From the IMG/VR virus record IMGVR_UViG_3300047994_000374, positions 62,001-126,000 of that record: a stretch of DNA of 64,000 nt. The stretch is one strand, 5' to 3'. How positions within the stretch are numbered: position 1 is the first letter of the stretch; every line of letters starts with the position of its first letter. The notes under the pieces are model-generated. The model worked only from the letters and a program-made list of their open reading frames with translations. It did no database searches and had not been told where the DNA came from. Positions 1-9,815 of this stretch are shown here, one piece after another. The translations under genes and the position numbers were made by a program.

Positions 1-166
1 AAATCAAACAGCCCACTGCACATTTCAAACCGCCATCACCACGATAAGCACAAGTGGCTTCCTTTGGCAGCGCTCGTTCCGGCTTACAAACGCTTCTCTG
101 TTTTTGAAAAAGGAGATGCGCTTTTACTTTGTTAAAAACTTCTTGCATATGTTCTTGACTTGACAT
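1..166 (-). CDS. Hypothetical phage protein, runs off the window (MSSQEHMQEVFNKVKAHLL...CAYRGDGGLKCAVGCLI)
   Basis: Translated by hand; ATG at 166 with AAGGAGG upstream; paralog of the broken gene at 7938-8324. Confidence 0.75.
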   Translation of the reverse strand, partial: MSSQEHMQEVFNKVKAHLLFQKQRSVCKPERALPKEATCAYRGDGGLKCAVGCLI

Positions 167-238
167 GAGACCTCCTTTTCTTTTTGTTGGATTGTATAGT
201 AAAGGCAGTTTAAACTCTTGCCCAGGATTTATTTAATA

Positions 239-766
239 TCAGGCAGTCGCGGCAGCTTCATCAACAACCGGAGCGCTCTCAACAGCAGCATTCTTAACAC
301 GACGAATGCCGACGCGCTTAACCAACTCCCACTCGGCACTTGCATTCACATAACGACGAACCGTATGGAGCGTCTTGTTTGCAGCGACGCCAGTTGATTG
401 GCTCACACGATCTGCAAGCTGCTGAGTCGTCAATTGCTCTTCATCTGACTTGGTTGCAAGGATGGCTTCTGCTGCACCATTGATCATCTGCTCTTCTGCA
501 GTGAAGGGACGCTTACCATCTTTGCGGTAGACGCCACCTGCGCGTCCCGCCTTAACCTCAAGATCATCACGCCCGGTCAAGTAAGCATTGAGCACCGAAG
601 TCACGAACCCCGGATTCTCTCCAGTAGCTTCCGCAACGATCTTGGTCAAGGACATCTTGGTGACATACCCGCCCTCTTCAAGCTGTTTCTCAAGCTCGGT
701 CTCGACATGCTGCGCAACGTTCACTGCAAGCTCTGCAACCGCGTTAAAACCATCTTCGTTTGACAT
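239..766 (-). CDS. Hypothetical protein with two internally repeated, possibly winged-helix-like domains
   Basis: 175-aa ORF; halves ...SLTKIVAEATG...LNAYL...GGVYR and ...QLADRVSQSTG...VRRYV...VGIRR are similar. Confidence 0.75.
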   Translation of the reverse strand: MSNEDGFNAVAELAVNVAQHVETELEKQLEEGGYVTKMSLTKIVAEATGENPGFVTSVLNAYLTGRDDLEVKAGRAGGVYRKDGKRPFTAEEQMINGAAEAILATKSDEEQLTTQQLADRVSQSTGVAANKTLHTVRRYVNASAEWELVKRVGIRRVKNAAVESAPVVDEAAATA

Positions 767-866
767 ATGTATATCCTACTTCTTTCTTATTTGTTATTGT
801 TTGTGAGACTTGATTATTCTTGTCTCGAATTGTTATTGTACTTCTAATTTTTATGAAATGGGAAAT

Positions 867-1103
867 TTAATACTTATAAGTGTTACCAGGCGCATAAGAT
901 AAATCGTAATATCCAATCAGCTGGGCGAATTGTCTTCGGTCTTCTTTACCGAAATCCAGCATAGCAAGGTCGTTCATATTGATCCCACCATGGTCCAACA
1001 GATATTGAACCATCTTATTGGCTTTGAATCGCAACGTGCCGTGCTCATCATAAACAATGGGTTGAGGCGGATGCTTCTGCCTCTTTGTGGGCTTGCCTCT
1101 CAT
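867..1103 (-). CDS. Hypothetical phage protein
   Basis: ORF track; 4-bp overlap with 1100-1456. Confidence 0.7.
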   Translation of the reverse strand: MRGKPTKRQKHPPQPIVYDEHGTLRFKANKMVQYLLDHGGINMNDLAMLDFGKEDRRQFAQLIGYYDLSYAPGNTYKY

Positions 1104-1456
1104 TCGTTATCTCCATTTAACATTAACTCCATAAGTTCAGGCGAGATTGGATCGACATCATCCAGTTCAGCTGAATCAAGATTAGGCAAGCTATCAATAA
1201 GCTTTTGAAGGTTCTTGGCGCCCTCCGTCTCTTCAAATGGAACAACAAGCTTATATGTTTTACCATATGCTGTAATGGTTTCAGGGGCAGGCAAGTCGCT
1301 CATCAAATTAATTCGCCGAGTATGCTTTCGTTCTGATGCTTTATTAATGGGAAAGGAACTATTCTCCACAATTTTAATCGCTTCCTCTGCATGGCTAGCA
1401 TCGACGTCAATAAACGCTTCGTATTCTGTTGTGACTCGAATTTTAAATAATTTCAT
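1100..1456 (-). CDS. Hypothetical protein
   Basis: ORF track; AAGGA upstream; tiles with neighbours. Confidence 0.7.
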   Translation of the reverse strand: MKLFKIRVTTEYEAFIDVDASHAEEAIKIVENSSFPINKASERKHTRRINLMSDLPAPETITAYGKTYKLVVPFEETEGAKNLQKLIDSLPNLDSAELDDVDPISPELMELMLNGDNE

Positions 1457-1465
1457 TTCGTTCCT

Positions 1466-2050
1466 TTAATGTCCATAGTTCAATCCAATCATATAAGTCT
1501 CGCCCTTATAAACGAACTCTTCATCCCAATATCCGCAACAACCGTGAGCCTTCAACTTATTGTATCGATGCCTTTGATTGCGCTTTGACTTCATTGCCAC
1601 TCGATAATTATCTTGGCACGAATCATCTGGACCCAATTCTTTGATTACCTTCCATGCCCAATCAACAATCTCTTTTGGCAAGTCTCGTTCCCAATCAAAC
1701 TGGGCGCGCTTCATGAGTTCGTAGTTGCGCTGCTGTTTCAACACATCTACCATATAACGAGCGATATGACTTTGACTTTCTGCAAATGAACGGAAGATCA
1801 ATCGCGTCAAGTTACTAAAAGCCTTGGGAGAAATATCGGCAGCCATGACACCGAACAAAGGTGTTAAACTATGAATCCAACGCCATTGATGCCAGCTCTT
1901 CCAATGACCGCATTCAGCTACAATCATAAGCTTATTGTAGTATTTATCTTTGTTGTAACACACATCGACAGAGCCAACGGGCAGGTTCTTCGGATTAAGG
2001 AACCACTCCCACTCATAAGCTTCACATCCTTTACAATATTCGCCAGCCAT
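1466..2050 (-). CDS. Hypothetical phage protein (C-terminal GCCG...GLNYGH motif)
   Basis: 194-aa ORF; 1-bp overlap with 2050-2286. Confidence 0.7.
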   Translation of the reverse strand: MAGEYCKGCEAYEWEWFLNPKNLPVGSVDVCYNKDKYYNKLMIVAECGHWKSWHQWRWIHSLTPLFGVMAADISPKAFSNLTRLIFRSFAESQSHIARYMVDVLKQQRNYELMKRAQFDWERDLPKEIVDWAWKVIKELGPDDSCQDNYRVAMKSKRNQRHRYNKLKAHGCCGYWDEEFVYKGETYMIGLNYGH

Positions 2051-2286
2051 CAGGTTTTGAATGGGATGTTAGGGGTTTGGACTTTACGAAAACTTGTGGT
2101 GGTGAATTGGGGTTGGAAGACAGTATGATCTTCAATGGACCGAAGAATAATAATAGATCGTCCTTCAATTGAATTCTCTTGGACCCGAACCTTGTCTTCC
2201 GCGTCTCTGGCACAATTGGCTTGGACTTTGATATTCCGAACGCCATCTGAAGTTGTATGTTGGTATTGCACTGTATAATTTTTCAC
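2050..2286 (-). CDS. Hypothetical protein
   Basis: ORF track, tiles with neighbours. Confidence 0.55.
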   Translation of the reverse strand: MKNYTVQYQHTTSDGVRNIKVQANCARDAEDKVRVQENSIEGRSIIILRSIEDHTVFQPQFTTTSFRKVQTPNIPFKT

Positions 2287-2423
2287 GGCTTAAATTTCCC
2301 CTCGAGTGCTGCATTAGCAATTTCAATTAAAGTATTTGTTGATGCATAATCCATTTTGACAATAAGTTTAAGAGCCTCTTTCAAAATAAAGATCTCTTTC
2401 ATTTTTTCCAAATTGCCATGGTT

Positions 2424-2624
2424 TTACTCCAATGCGCTGCGTAGAATTTCGGCAACGATCTGGTTCTCAACCTCTGCCACGATACGCTTTCGATTGTTGT
2501 TTTCTTTGCGGCAAACAAAGAATGTTCCGCCACCATTGGGCTGGACGATTGTAAGGTCTGGCTCTTTACTGTAATTGCCAGTATAGATCAATCCAACCCC
2601 ACCACTTCCACTTGCTGCGCTCAT
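2424..2624 (-). CDS. Hypothetical protein
   Basis: ORF track, ATGA overlap. Confidence 0.6.
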   Translation of the reverse strand: MSAASGSGGVGLIYTGNYSKEPDLTIVQPNGGGTFFVCRKENNNRKRIVAEVENQIVAEILRSALE

Positions 2625-2806
2625 TTGTTCTTCTCCATAATTTTGCGTTCGTTACCTTTGTTTTTACAATACTCGGCGCAGGATTTCATTTCGCGTTCCA
2701 TCCTATACCAATCATCAGATGACATGGGTTTATATGCCCCATCAATACAGATACGCTTCCTAAAATCGTCAAGAGCGTGCATCAATTCAAAAAAGTAATT
2801 AATCAT
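2621..2806 (-). CDS. Hypothetical protein
   Basis: ORF track, tiles with neighbours. Confidence 0.55.
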   Translation of the reverse strand: MINYFFELMHALDDFRKRICIDGAYKPMSSDDWYRMEREMKSCAEYCKNKGNERKIMEKNK

Positions 2807-2807
2807 T

Positions 2808-3065
2808 TTATTTAACTAAAATCAAATCTGTTTCAGGATTGTAAGCATATCGTAAATTACTTGGCTGCCATCGAACATCTACTTCGGGACCTACCTTTGC
2901 CGGATCATAATTAGGATCATCAGGCTTACAATTGTTATAATCAGTTGGTCCAATTACAATCCCGATGCAATCGCCAAACTCTTCTACATGATCATGACTG
3001 CCATTACGGAGCATGTTCTCTCGGCAAAAGAAAGACATCTTAACTTTATCACCAACCTTAATCAT
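2808..3065 (-). CDS. Hypothetical protein (SH3/KOW-like start MIKVGDKV)
   Basis: ORF track 2808-3221; start moved to ATG 3065 to avoid a long overlap with 3058-3288. Confidence 0.65.
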   Translation of the reverse strand: MIKVGDKVKMSFFCRENMLRNGSHDHVEEFGDCIGIVIGPTDYNNCKPDDPNYDPAKVGPEVDVRWQPSNLRYAYNPETDLILVK

Positions 3066-3288
3066 GGGAGTTACTTTTCTTCCACTCCAAGTATTGAGTA
3101 ATGGCTTTTGCAACCAACTCCGCTTGGTCTTCAAACATATTGATTCGAGCAATTTCTTTTCCACTACCACCATCAAGGCACCGAAGCTCAACCAGTTCGC
3201 CGGTTTCATCTGGACCGACAACGATCATCTCGCCACCTTCAGACCAAACTTCAAATTTAATATTTGTAACACTGAGATTTGATTTCAT
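3058..3288 (-). CDS. Hypothetical protein
   Basis: TCCCAT box 25 nt upstream of ATG. Confidence 0.7.
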   Translation of the reverse strand: MKSNLSVTNIKFEVWSEGGEMIVVGPDETGELVELRCLDGGSGKEIARINMFEDQAELVAKAITQYLEWKKSNSHD

Positions 3289-3324
3289 AATTTCTATTCT
3301 TGTTAGGCGTTAAATGGGAATGGT

Positions 3325-3609
3325 TTATTTTTTCCAACGAGGATGGTTTGGGTCTTTTTCCACGGAGAACTTCATTGTCTTGATATCATCGCCGCGCCGA
3401 ACAAGCTCCTCAAGAAATGCTGGAACATCTTCTCCACGACTATCTTTAAATACTGTGCGTCCAATATGATGATAAAGCCAATGACCATCCGCCGAGGTTT
3501 GTACGCCCAATGGAAAATAATACATAAGATCATTTTCTTTTCGCGACCAATAGATACTAAGCTTATCCAATACGCTCTTTCTCTTATTACTCATAATCCA
3601 TTTCTCCAA
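3325..3609 (-). CDS. Hypothetical protein
   Basis: ORF track; stop directly followed by the box of the next gene. Confidence 0.6.
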   Translation of the reverse strand: MEKWIMSNKRKSVLDKLSIYWSRKENDLMYYFPLGVQTSADGHWLYHHIGRTVFKDSRGEDVPAFLEELVRRGDDIKTMKFSVEKDPNHPRWKK

Positions 3610-3678
3610 TAGCCATAGCCAGTTGTTTCACAAGGAAAAGATAACCACTAACGATTGATTTGATCATAATAACTATTT

Positions 3679-4320
3679 CTATTGAATGGGATTACAAGTG
3701 CATTGATAGTCATGGCGGATATTACAATACTGTTGTAGGTCGCCACATGTAGGCTTATTATCAGTAGGGAATTCATTCAATCTCGGATTCATAATCAATT
3801 GACCTGGATTTAATTCGTGTCGCAAACCCATCGCATGCCCAGATTCGTGGGCACCAATTCCAAAAAGCATTGCAGCTTCAGTATAACCATACGTTTTAAA
3901 TTGCGATAAACTATCGAAGCCGGGGGCATAAATACTAGCCCCAATCTCACTATGGTTTAAATTAAAGCTATCATCCTCTTCATTGCAAAGCTCGGCAGAA
4001 GTATGGGTAATCGCAATAGCATCGCCCACCCCGCCGTTTGCCCGAATCCAAGGCACTGAAGCTTTATGAATAACGATCGTGCTCCAACCAACTTCACTTT
4101 CTTGTGGCAAAGAAAATGGCGAGACAATTTCAAAATAGAATGACGGAGCATAAAGACCAAGCTGTTCCCATGAAGAGATACCGCCTTCAAGCGCATGAAT
4201 TTCATCGGGGGTAAAGTCAGATGAGATCATTACTTCGTAGCTCGTCGGCAAACCTGAACTGGCGCAGGCATTTGTTGAGAGCGCAAGAATTGAAGCGAAG
4301 ATGATGAGAATGTTTTTCAT
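3679..4320 (-). CDS. Secreted/lipoprotein metzincin (matrixin-like) zinc metalloprotease
   Basis: Signal peptide; HESGHAMGLRH (HExxHxxGxxH) plus Met-turn IMNP; box 25 nt upstream; paralog of 27056-27643. Confidence 0.8.
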   Translation of the reverse strand: MKNILIIFASILALSTNACASSGLPTSYEVMISSDFTPDEIHALEGGISSWEQLGLYAPSFYFEIVSPFSLPQESEVGWSTIVIHKASVPWIRANGGVGDAIAITHTSAELCNEEDDSFNLNHSEIGASIYAPGFDSLSQFKTYGYTEAAMLFGIGAHESGHAMGLRHELNPGQLIMNPRLNEFPTDNKPTCGDLQQYCNIRHDYQCTCNPIQ

Positions 4321-4355
4321 ATCTATGGTTTGATTATAATTATGAATGGGAAAAT

Positions 4356-4390
4356 AAAAAAGCTCACAACCGATTTAAGATTGTGAACCT
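4356..4390 (-). terminator. Intrinsic terminator downstream of tRNA
   Basis: Minus strand AGGTTCACAA...TTGTGAGC followed by T6. Confidence 0.55.
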
Positions 4391-4423
4391 GAGTGTTAGT
4401 TTATTTGCAGCCTCGACATGATT

Positions 4424-4499
4424 TGGTAGGCGCCTCGAGATTCGAACTCGAACTGGATCGTGTTTAAGACGATTTTCTCTGCCGTTGGAATACGCGCCC
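4424..4499 (-). tRNA. tRNA-Leu(UAA), short variable loop, encoded CCA
   Basis: Folds by hand to a cloverleaf: anticodon arm ATCGT-CTTAAAC-ACGAT, T arm TCGAG-TTCGAAT-CTCGA, ACCA 3' end; 76 nt. Confidence 0.9.
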
Positions 4500-4506
4500 A
4501 TAATTA

Positions 4507-4806
4507 TTACTGTTCAGCCCTTATACGTAATGGATTGTCCAAAGATAAATGGGAAAATCTATTCTTATATTCTTTCATCGAGATGTCCAGTTGATCTTGA
4601 GTCAGATTATTTTCTGTTAAAAACGTCACATTAAAATCCATAATATATTCGAATGCCTGAAAGTGCGCTTCAGCTATTTGGCACACTAACTCTCCAGCCA
4701 ATTCATCACCTTTATTTTTCGAATGCAATAACAATTCTTTAGCCCGAGTTAAAGTCTTATGAATTATATCAAAGTTATTTTTATATTCAAGTTCAAAAGT
4801 ATTCAT
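4507..4806 (-). CDS. Hypothetical protein
   Basis: ORF track. Confidence 0.6.
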   Translation of the reverse strand: MNTFELEYKNNFDIIHKTLTRAKELLLHSKNKGDELAGELVCQIAEAHFQAFEYIMDFNVTFLTENNLTQDQLDISMKEYKNRFSHLSLDNPLRIRAEQ

Positions 4807-4986
4807 TAGTTACCAAAATCCAATAATTTACTCAATACCTTCTCTAACTTCTTCGCCGCATCATATGGATGATTTGCATAGACTTCAAGCTCGACTACTT
4901 CACTGATCACCTTGTCTCCATCAACACCTCCATCATTGAGACATTTCTCAACTGAAATGGGAATTGTAATTCTATAAGTAGCCATT

Positions 4987-5229
4987 CTATTCCTTCACAT
5001 GACAATAGCCGCTACGACCAAACTCATAGCGGACACTACACTTACAACATCCCATGCCGATACAATCGCAACCGCCAAAATATTCTCGCAAATACCTTGC
5101 AAAAACCCCTACCTCCTGAAAACAAAAAGCTAAACCTCTTTCAGCACAAGCCCGAGCAAGGTCATTATAGTTCTTATTCCATTGAGAACGAACAAGCATG
5201 GGACGAAGCTGATCGCGTGTATATTTCAT
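4987..5229 (-). CDS. Hypothetical Cys-rich protein
   Basis: ORF track, ATGA overlap. Confidence 0.6.
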   Translation of the reverse strand: MKYTRDQLRPMLVRSQWNKNYNDLARACAERGLAFCFQEVGVFARYLREYFGGCDCIGMGCCKCSVRYEFGRSGYCHVKE

Positions 5230-5651
5230 TCTCCGAATTCACTCTTCTTCAATGGTCCCTTATTCCAATTCGGATCGCTTCTAACTTTTTTAATCAGCTC
5301 CCCAATTTCTTCCGTTCGCTTTTTATCAGGACACATTTTCAATACTACCTTCTTTGGATTGTAATCGGAAACATATTGAATGAGTTGTTTGAATGCCGTT
5401 TCAGCTCCGAGCATTTTATAAATGGGAAGCAGTCCGAAGTTTTTACACTCAACGAATCCGCATTCTTTATAATCAGGCGCCGCATAAAAGTTTCCATCCA
5501 CAAAGATAAGATCATACTTCTTACACTTGGGCTTGATTACTTCACGACGAAACCTATTAGCCAGTTGTTTTAGGCTCTTCGTATAGTTATCGTTGAGTTG
5601 TTTAAGCTGGACGTGATATTTTTTCATAATGCTCCATCTTTCTTTTTTCAA
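5226..5651 (-). CDS. Hypothetical protein, paralog of 6307-6582
   Basis: Shared KxLAxxxRxEVIxPxCKKxxLxF; true start may be slightly downstream. Confidence 0.65.
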   Translation of the reverse strand: MKKERWSIMKKYHVQLKQLNDNYTKSLKQLANRFRREVIKPKCKKYDLIFVDGNFYAAPDYKECGFVECKNFGLLPIYKMLGAETAFKQLIQYVSDYNPKKVVLKMCPDKKRTEEIGELIKKVRSDPNWNKGPLKKSEFGE

Positions 5652-5776
5652 AAGTATTCATTGCGCCTACAATATCGGTATGTTTTACGAATCTTGATAG
5701 GCTCCACATAAGCATTGTCACGATAACTAAATTCTTTACTCATATTAGTATTCTCCTTTAATCTATTGAATGGGAA

Positions 5777-6310
5777 TTAAAATGACGGATCGAAATTGGG
5801 GTCAGGGTCAGGTTCAAGTCGAACTGTTTGATCGAATGACCACCAATACAATCCAAAACCCCAAGGCAAAGTAATTTCGCCCGTTTCAGAATACTCGCAC
5901 TTATTATAAAAAGCATGTAAAAGCTTTTTAGTAATTTCTTCTTCTGTAAGTGGCTTGACTTCAGGTTTTATTTTCTTCTTTAATTTGACTAAATCTCTAA
6001 CTGATACAAATTGTTCGGCACAACCCTTATCCCACTTAACATCAACATGCGTAAGTTTGTTGCAACCAAATCCAGCGAAGGCAGTGACAGCTCCTTTACA
6101 TCCCGAATCAATATCTTTTACTCTGTCACCGATTTTAAATTCTTTATTCGCTTTTCCTACATTAACTAAATCATTTACACTAATAAATGAGCTACTCCCG
6201 CCCAAGTCCCATACAACGGTAGCCATTAAATGATCAATTTTTTTAATGAACCCTTTGTATTTAGATCGGGTATGTTGAACGTAGTCACCAACTTTAAATT
6301 TGTTTTTCAT
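5777..6310 (-). CDS. Tandem SH3/KOW-like repeat protein
   Basis: Two FKxGDxV...G.V.....V.WD.G.....VxDL repeats; C-terminus shared with 7278-7700. Confidence 0.75.
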   Translation of the reverse strand: MKNKFKVGDYVQHTRSKYKGFIKKIDHLMATVVWDLGGSSSFISVNDLVNVGKANKEFKIGDRVKDIDSGCKGAVTAFAGFGCNKLTHVDVKWDKGCAEQFVSVRDLVKLKKKIKPEVKPLTEEEITKKLLHAFYNKCEYSETGEITLPWGFGLYWWSFDQTVRLEPDPDPNFDPSF

Positions 6311-6582
6311 TTTTTATTTTTTCTTGGATCATAATCGTCAACTAAAGTACTAAACATATTATAACTGGAACTATCATAATGCAAGGTGTCTAACATTTTA
6401 TCAATTTCTGGGTAGGAACCAAACTCTCCATTATAATCATAAAATTGACAACATTGAAAAACCAAATTAAGCTTTTTACAAGTCGGGATAATAACTTCTT
6501 TACGGTATTTTTTGGCTAATTTTTTAAAACCATTAGTAAGATTCTTTTCTAACTTAATGATTTCTCTTTCATACTTATTCAT
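6307..6582 (-). CDS. Hypothetical protein
   Basis: Box 25 nt upstream; paralog of 5226-5651. Confidence 0.7.
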   Translation of the reverse strand: MNKYEREIIKLEKNLTNGFKKLAKKYRKEVIIPTCKKLNLVFQCCQFYDYNGEFGSYPEIDKMLDTLHYDSSSYNMFSTLVDDYDPRKNKK

Positions 6583-6706
6583 GTTAATTATTACCTGTGT
6601 TTATTAAATGGGAAAATTTTATAGTCCATCATAATGCGAAGAACTAATCCAAGGACTGCTAAAGCACATACGCAGGTTGCAATAATGAATTGTAAAGTTT
6701 CGTTAG

Positions 6707-6979
6707 TCATAGGTACTCACGCACGCTTGTATATTTGAAGGTCGGATCGATTGAAGCCAAGAGTGTCTTATAATAATCAATCTGCTTCGAAAGTCCAGGG
6801 ATACTACAATATTTTTGATGACCCCTTATACTTACTTCTGGATCCGAAGTGCCACATTCATTACAGCGCCAATAAGGATTACCACCACCAATAGGGACAT
6901 GCATTTGATCCAATCTATTTTCAAGGAGACGAATTTTATTTCGAATTCGTTTTGCTGCTGGTATGTGATTTGCTTTCAT
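6707..6979 (-). CDS. Hypothetical protein with CxxC...HxxxC motif
   Basis: ORF track. Confidence 0.65.
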   Translation of the reverse strand: MKANHIPAAKRIRNKIRLLENRLDQMHVPIGGGNPYWRCNECGTSDPEVSIRGHQKYCSIPGLSKQIDYYKTLLASIDPTFKYTSVREYL

Positions 6980-7044
6980 AATTCACACCGAAATTATAAC
7001 GCCATGTTTATTATTTATTTTATCTTCAATTGAATATAATATTT

Positions 7045-7275
7045 CTACTGATTTACACAGTTACATGGGAAATTATATTTATAAATGACTCGGCTCCAGT
7101 TATCAGGGTCATCATTTTTATCAAACACGCCGAACCCATTAAAATCATACATAAATACCCAATCCGCGCCGGTCTGAATACATTCGACAGCAAACTCACA
7201 TGCTTCAATTTTTGTTTTGAAATTGAAGTATGAGCAAGCCTTGGTCTGTTTATTGAATGATTGAAGTCGAATCAT
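7045..7275 (-). CDS. Hypothetical protein
   Basis: ORF track, tiles with neighbours. Confidence 0.55.
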   Translation of the reverse strand: MIRLQSFNKQTKACSYFNFKTKIEACEFAVECIQTGADWVFMYDFNGFGVFDKNDDPDNWSRVIYKYNFPCNCVNQ

Positions 7276-7277
7276 AT

Positions 7278-7700
7278 TTATTGGCCGTATTTTTTACTAT
7301 TCCAATTCGGATCTTTTTCAAGGCGAACGGTGCCATCCATCCAGAAGTAAAGTGGAATAAAAAAAATAGCCGCCCCATCTTCGTCGGCTGGCAAAAAAAT
7401 TTCATTAACAAAATTATACTCTTTTTTCAAGTCATGAGATGCATCCCCAAGATGCTGACTAACTTCAGAAGTTTTTAAAATTCTTGGTTCGGTGTCCTTC
7501 TTTTGCCCCTTCTTTCGGAGCTTGACTAAGTTCTTGACATGGACAGTGGAAGACATTGCATCATCCCAAAGAACCACAACGGATTGAGGGTTCAATTTGA
7601 TATCATTGCAAACCACTTTACCTTTAACTACTGTTGAGTGCCCGCTATATTCAATCATCATAACGCGTTGGTCAATGGGAAAATCTTTAGCTGTCTTCAT
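7278..7700 (-). CDS. SH3-like domain protein, paralog of 5777-6310
   Basis: Box 26 nt upstream; shared LYxWxDxTVRLExDP C-terminus. Confidence 0.75.
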   Translation of the reverse strand: MKTAKDFPIDQRVMMIEYSGHSTVVKGKVVCNDIKLNPQSVVVLWDDAMSSTVHVKNLVKLRKKGQKKDTEPRILKTSEVSQHLGDASHDLKKEYNFVNEIFLPADEDGAAIFFIPLYFWMDGTVRLEKDPNWNSKKYGQ

Positions 7701-7739
7701 AGTTGTATCTCGATTTATAAATAGAAATGGGAAATGAAT

Positions 7740-7812
7740 TAGGACACATTGGGATCGTGTGGTTTAAAGTTCCACCGTATCCCAATGCGATCTAAATACA
7801 TACATGTGCCTA
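7740..7812 (-). other. Intergenic stem-loop (candidate structured RNA)
   Basis: CATTGGGAT (7747-7755) pairs with ATCCCAATG (7779-7787); inner GTGG/CCAC; imperfect outer stem. Confidence 0.45.
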
Positions 7813-7937
7813 AACTGTAGACATGAATAGGCTTTTGTGCGGTTCTACTGCGCTTGATAAAGGACTTGTATGTCTTTGCCCTTTATCAATTAGTGAAATA
7901 GAGTTGATAGGTAATCTCATCTATTCCAGATATACTT

Positions 7938-8324
7938 TTAATATTTCAATCGGAATTGTTCTGCAATGCTCATCAATTGCTCTTCCCAAAGCTGTGGATC
8001 AAAACTATCATGAGTCGCTTGTAGAGCATCCAGCATCGCAATCATTTTCTTGTCTAGTTTAATCCCGCTAGACTTCAAAGCATCTTTAAGAAGTTTAGTT
8101 TTCTTTTTATCTGACGGATAGTAAGCATCGCCAAAAGCCCCGCCCTCTATCGACTCTTAATAGAACTTGTCTTTAATCAAGCATCCAATGGCACACTTAA
8201 GACCACGAGGACCACGATAAAGACAAATTCCACCATTCGCCGAACCTATAATGCTCTTCTTATTTTGCTTCAGAAGATGACGTTTGACTTTAGTGAAAAC
8301 TTTTTGACGGTCAGCTTTGCTCAT
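7938..8324 (-). pseudogene. Frameshifted paralog of the gene at 1-166
   Basis: MSKADRQKVFTKVKRHLLKQNKR, then a frame change to ...CLYRGPRGLKCAIGCLIKDKFY*; box ~28 nt upstream; may be assembly error. Confidence 0.65.
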
Positions 8325-8359
8325 TATATTTATTCTCTCTTAAATTAGATAAATGGGAA

Positions 8360-8722
8360 TCAAGAACCGAACTGATCAAATATAAAATCATAAACTGCAA
8401 CCAAAAGCTCGTCATCAGTCTTGTACCACTTCTTGCATTTGAAATCCATAATCCGCTCTTCCCCGCCAGGACCAACAGCAACAATCATATAGGCATCCTG
8501 GAGATAATCGAATCTCTGTTGAACTGTAAGAACTTTAACTCGCGGACTCAGGAGGCGGTTTAAAGTTTCAATACCTTCAGGGCGTGAAAAAATGGGAAGA
8601 GCACGTGTGTTTGAAGTGTCTACTTTCTTTTCCGCTTTTTTCAACTGATCGACCAAGACATCGGTAATCAATGCGGTAATGCAATCGGTAGGACTTCCAG
8701 CTTTACGATAAGGATTATTCAT
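8360..8722 (-). CDS. Hypothetical protein
   Basis: ORF track; abuts 8723. Confidence 0.7.
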   Translation of the reverse strand: MNNPYRKAGSPTDCITALITDVLVDQLKKAEKKVDTSNTRALPIFSRPEGIETLNRLLSPRVKVLTVQQRFDYLQDAYMIVAVGPGGEERIMDFKCKKWYKTDDELLVAVYDFIFDQFGS

Positions 8723-9094
8723 TTAGAAGCTCGGGTCTCGATAGTTTTCTTTTTCGCCGAGGGTCAAAAAGTAATACCCTTTATGTACCCAGTATCCGCC
8801 CTTACTCAAACGAAAAGGCATCACTCGTTCTTTATTGTTATCAGTGGAAACATAAATAGTTTTGGGAGTGGTACGAACAACCGTAGCGGCATAGGAATCA
8901 GAGCCAATACTGATTGTTGCATCCGTACCAGCTACCACATCAATCGTTTCGTGGTAGCCGGTTTCTTTATTAAGGCGAATAACTTTCATATCAGCCTTCG
9001 TACTCATGACGAAACTTCTTGTTATTCTTTCCACCACGGTTATGACCTTGGTGTTCTTGACGCTTGCACCCACTACAAAGGCCATCGTCATCAT
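8723..9094 (-). CDS. Hypothetical phage protein (ATIxxGSDxYxxTV...YRDPSF)
   Basis: ORF track; real start probably internal (~9007). Confidence 0.65.
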   Translation of the reverse strand: MMTMAFVVGASVKNTKVITVVERITRSFVMSTKADMKVIRLNKETGYHETIDVVAGTDATISIGSDSYAATVVRTTPKTIYVSTDNNKERVMPFRLSKGGYWVHKGYYFLTLGEKENYRDPSF

Positions 9095-9179
9095 TCATTG
9101 CAGGTTTTTGCTCACAAGCTTCACACGGAAGGTATCGCATAGTATCTATCTATTCTTTCTATTAAATGGGATTGATTGT

Positions 9180-9422
9180 TTATTTGATTTTGTCAATAAG
9201 TTTTTTTAAGTTAGCTTCAAAAAGTTCATCATTCATTTCTTTAGGATCTATATATGTTTCTTCAGGGATAAGATCGGCATACTCTCCACCGGAATCGCCC
9301 GAAGTAAAAGTATGTTCACAATTGCCGCACTTAAACTTTGACTTGTGGGAACCATATCGATGACTTCCACAATAGGTATACTTACCTTTACGACAAACAT
9401 TGCATAGATATTTATTGCTCAT
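9180..9422 (-). CDS. Zinc-ribbon protein
   Basis: CNVC...CGNC. Confidence 0.7.
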   Translation of the reverse strand: MSNKYLCNVCRKGKYTYCGSHRYGSHKSKFKCGNCEHTFTSGDSGGEYADLIPEETYIDPKEMNDELFEANLKKLIDKIK

Positions 9423-9464
9423 GATTAAATGGGATTAGTAATTACTGACGCCAATAAAAATTTT

Positions 9465-9815
9465 CTATTTTCTTTGTGACGTTTTAATTCGAGTTCGCTT
9501 ATGATAGTCACCAAGAATATCACCGACCGGATCTAAAGTTCCGCCGATTTCTAAAAGAACTTTCCGCCAAGCATCGGTATGACCTTGCCCAGAAATCAAA
9601 TGCGCAACTTCATGCAAGCAAAGATAATGTTCAGTCAATCGTTTCTCGGAAAGGAAACAGATCCATCCTTTGTAATCTCCACTCGTATGTGCGTGTGCCT
9701 TTGCGCGGAAACGACTGCCAATGCCCCGCTCAACGCAACCGCCACAGAACACTCCTTTAACCTCTGGACGGTTTAGTTCTTGTGGCCATTCAGATTTCGG
9801 AAGCTTGCCTTTCAT
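9465..9815 (-). CDS. SprT-like (HExxH) metallopeptidase-fold protein
   Basis: LHEVAHL...GHTDAW. Confidence 0.7.
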   Translation of the reverse strand: MKGKLPKSEWPQELNRPEVKGVFCGGCVERGIGSRFRAKAHAHTSGDYKGWICFLSEKRLTEHYLCLHEVAHLISGQGHTDAWRKVLLEIGGTLDPVGDILGDYHKRTRIKTSQRK

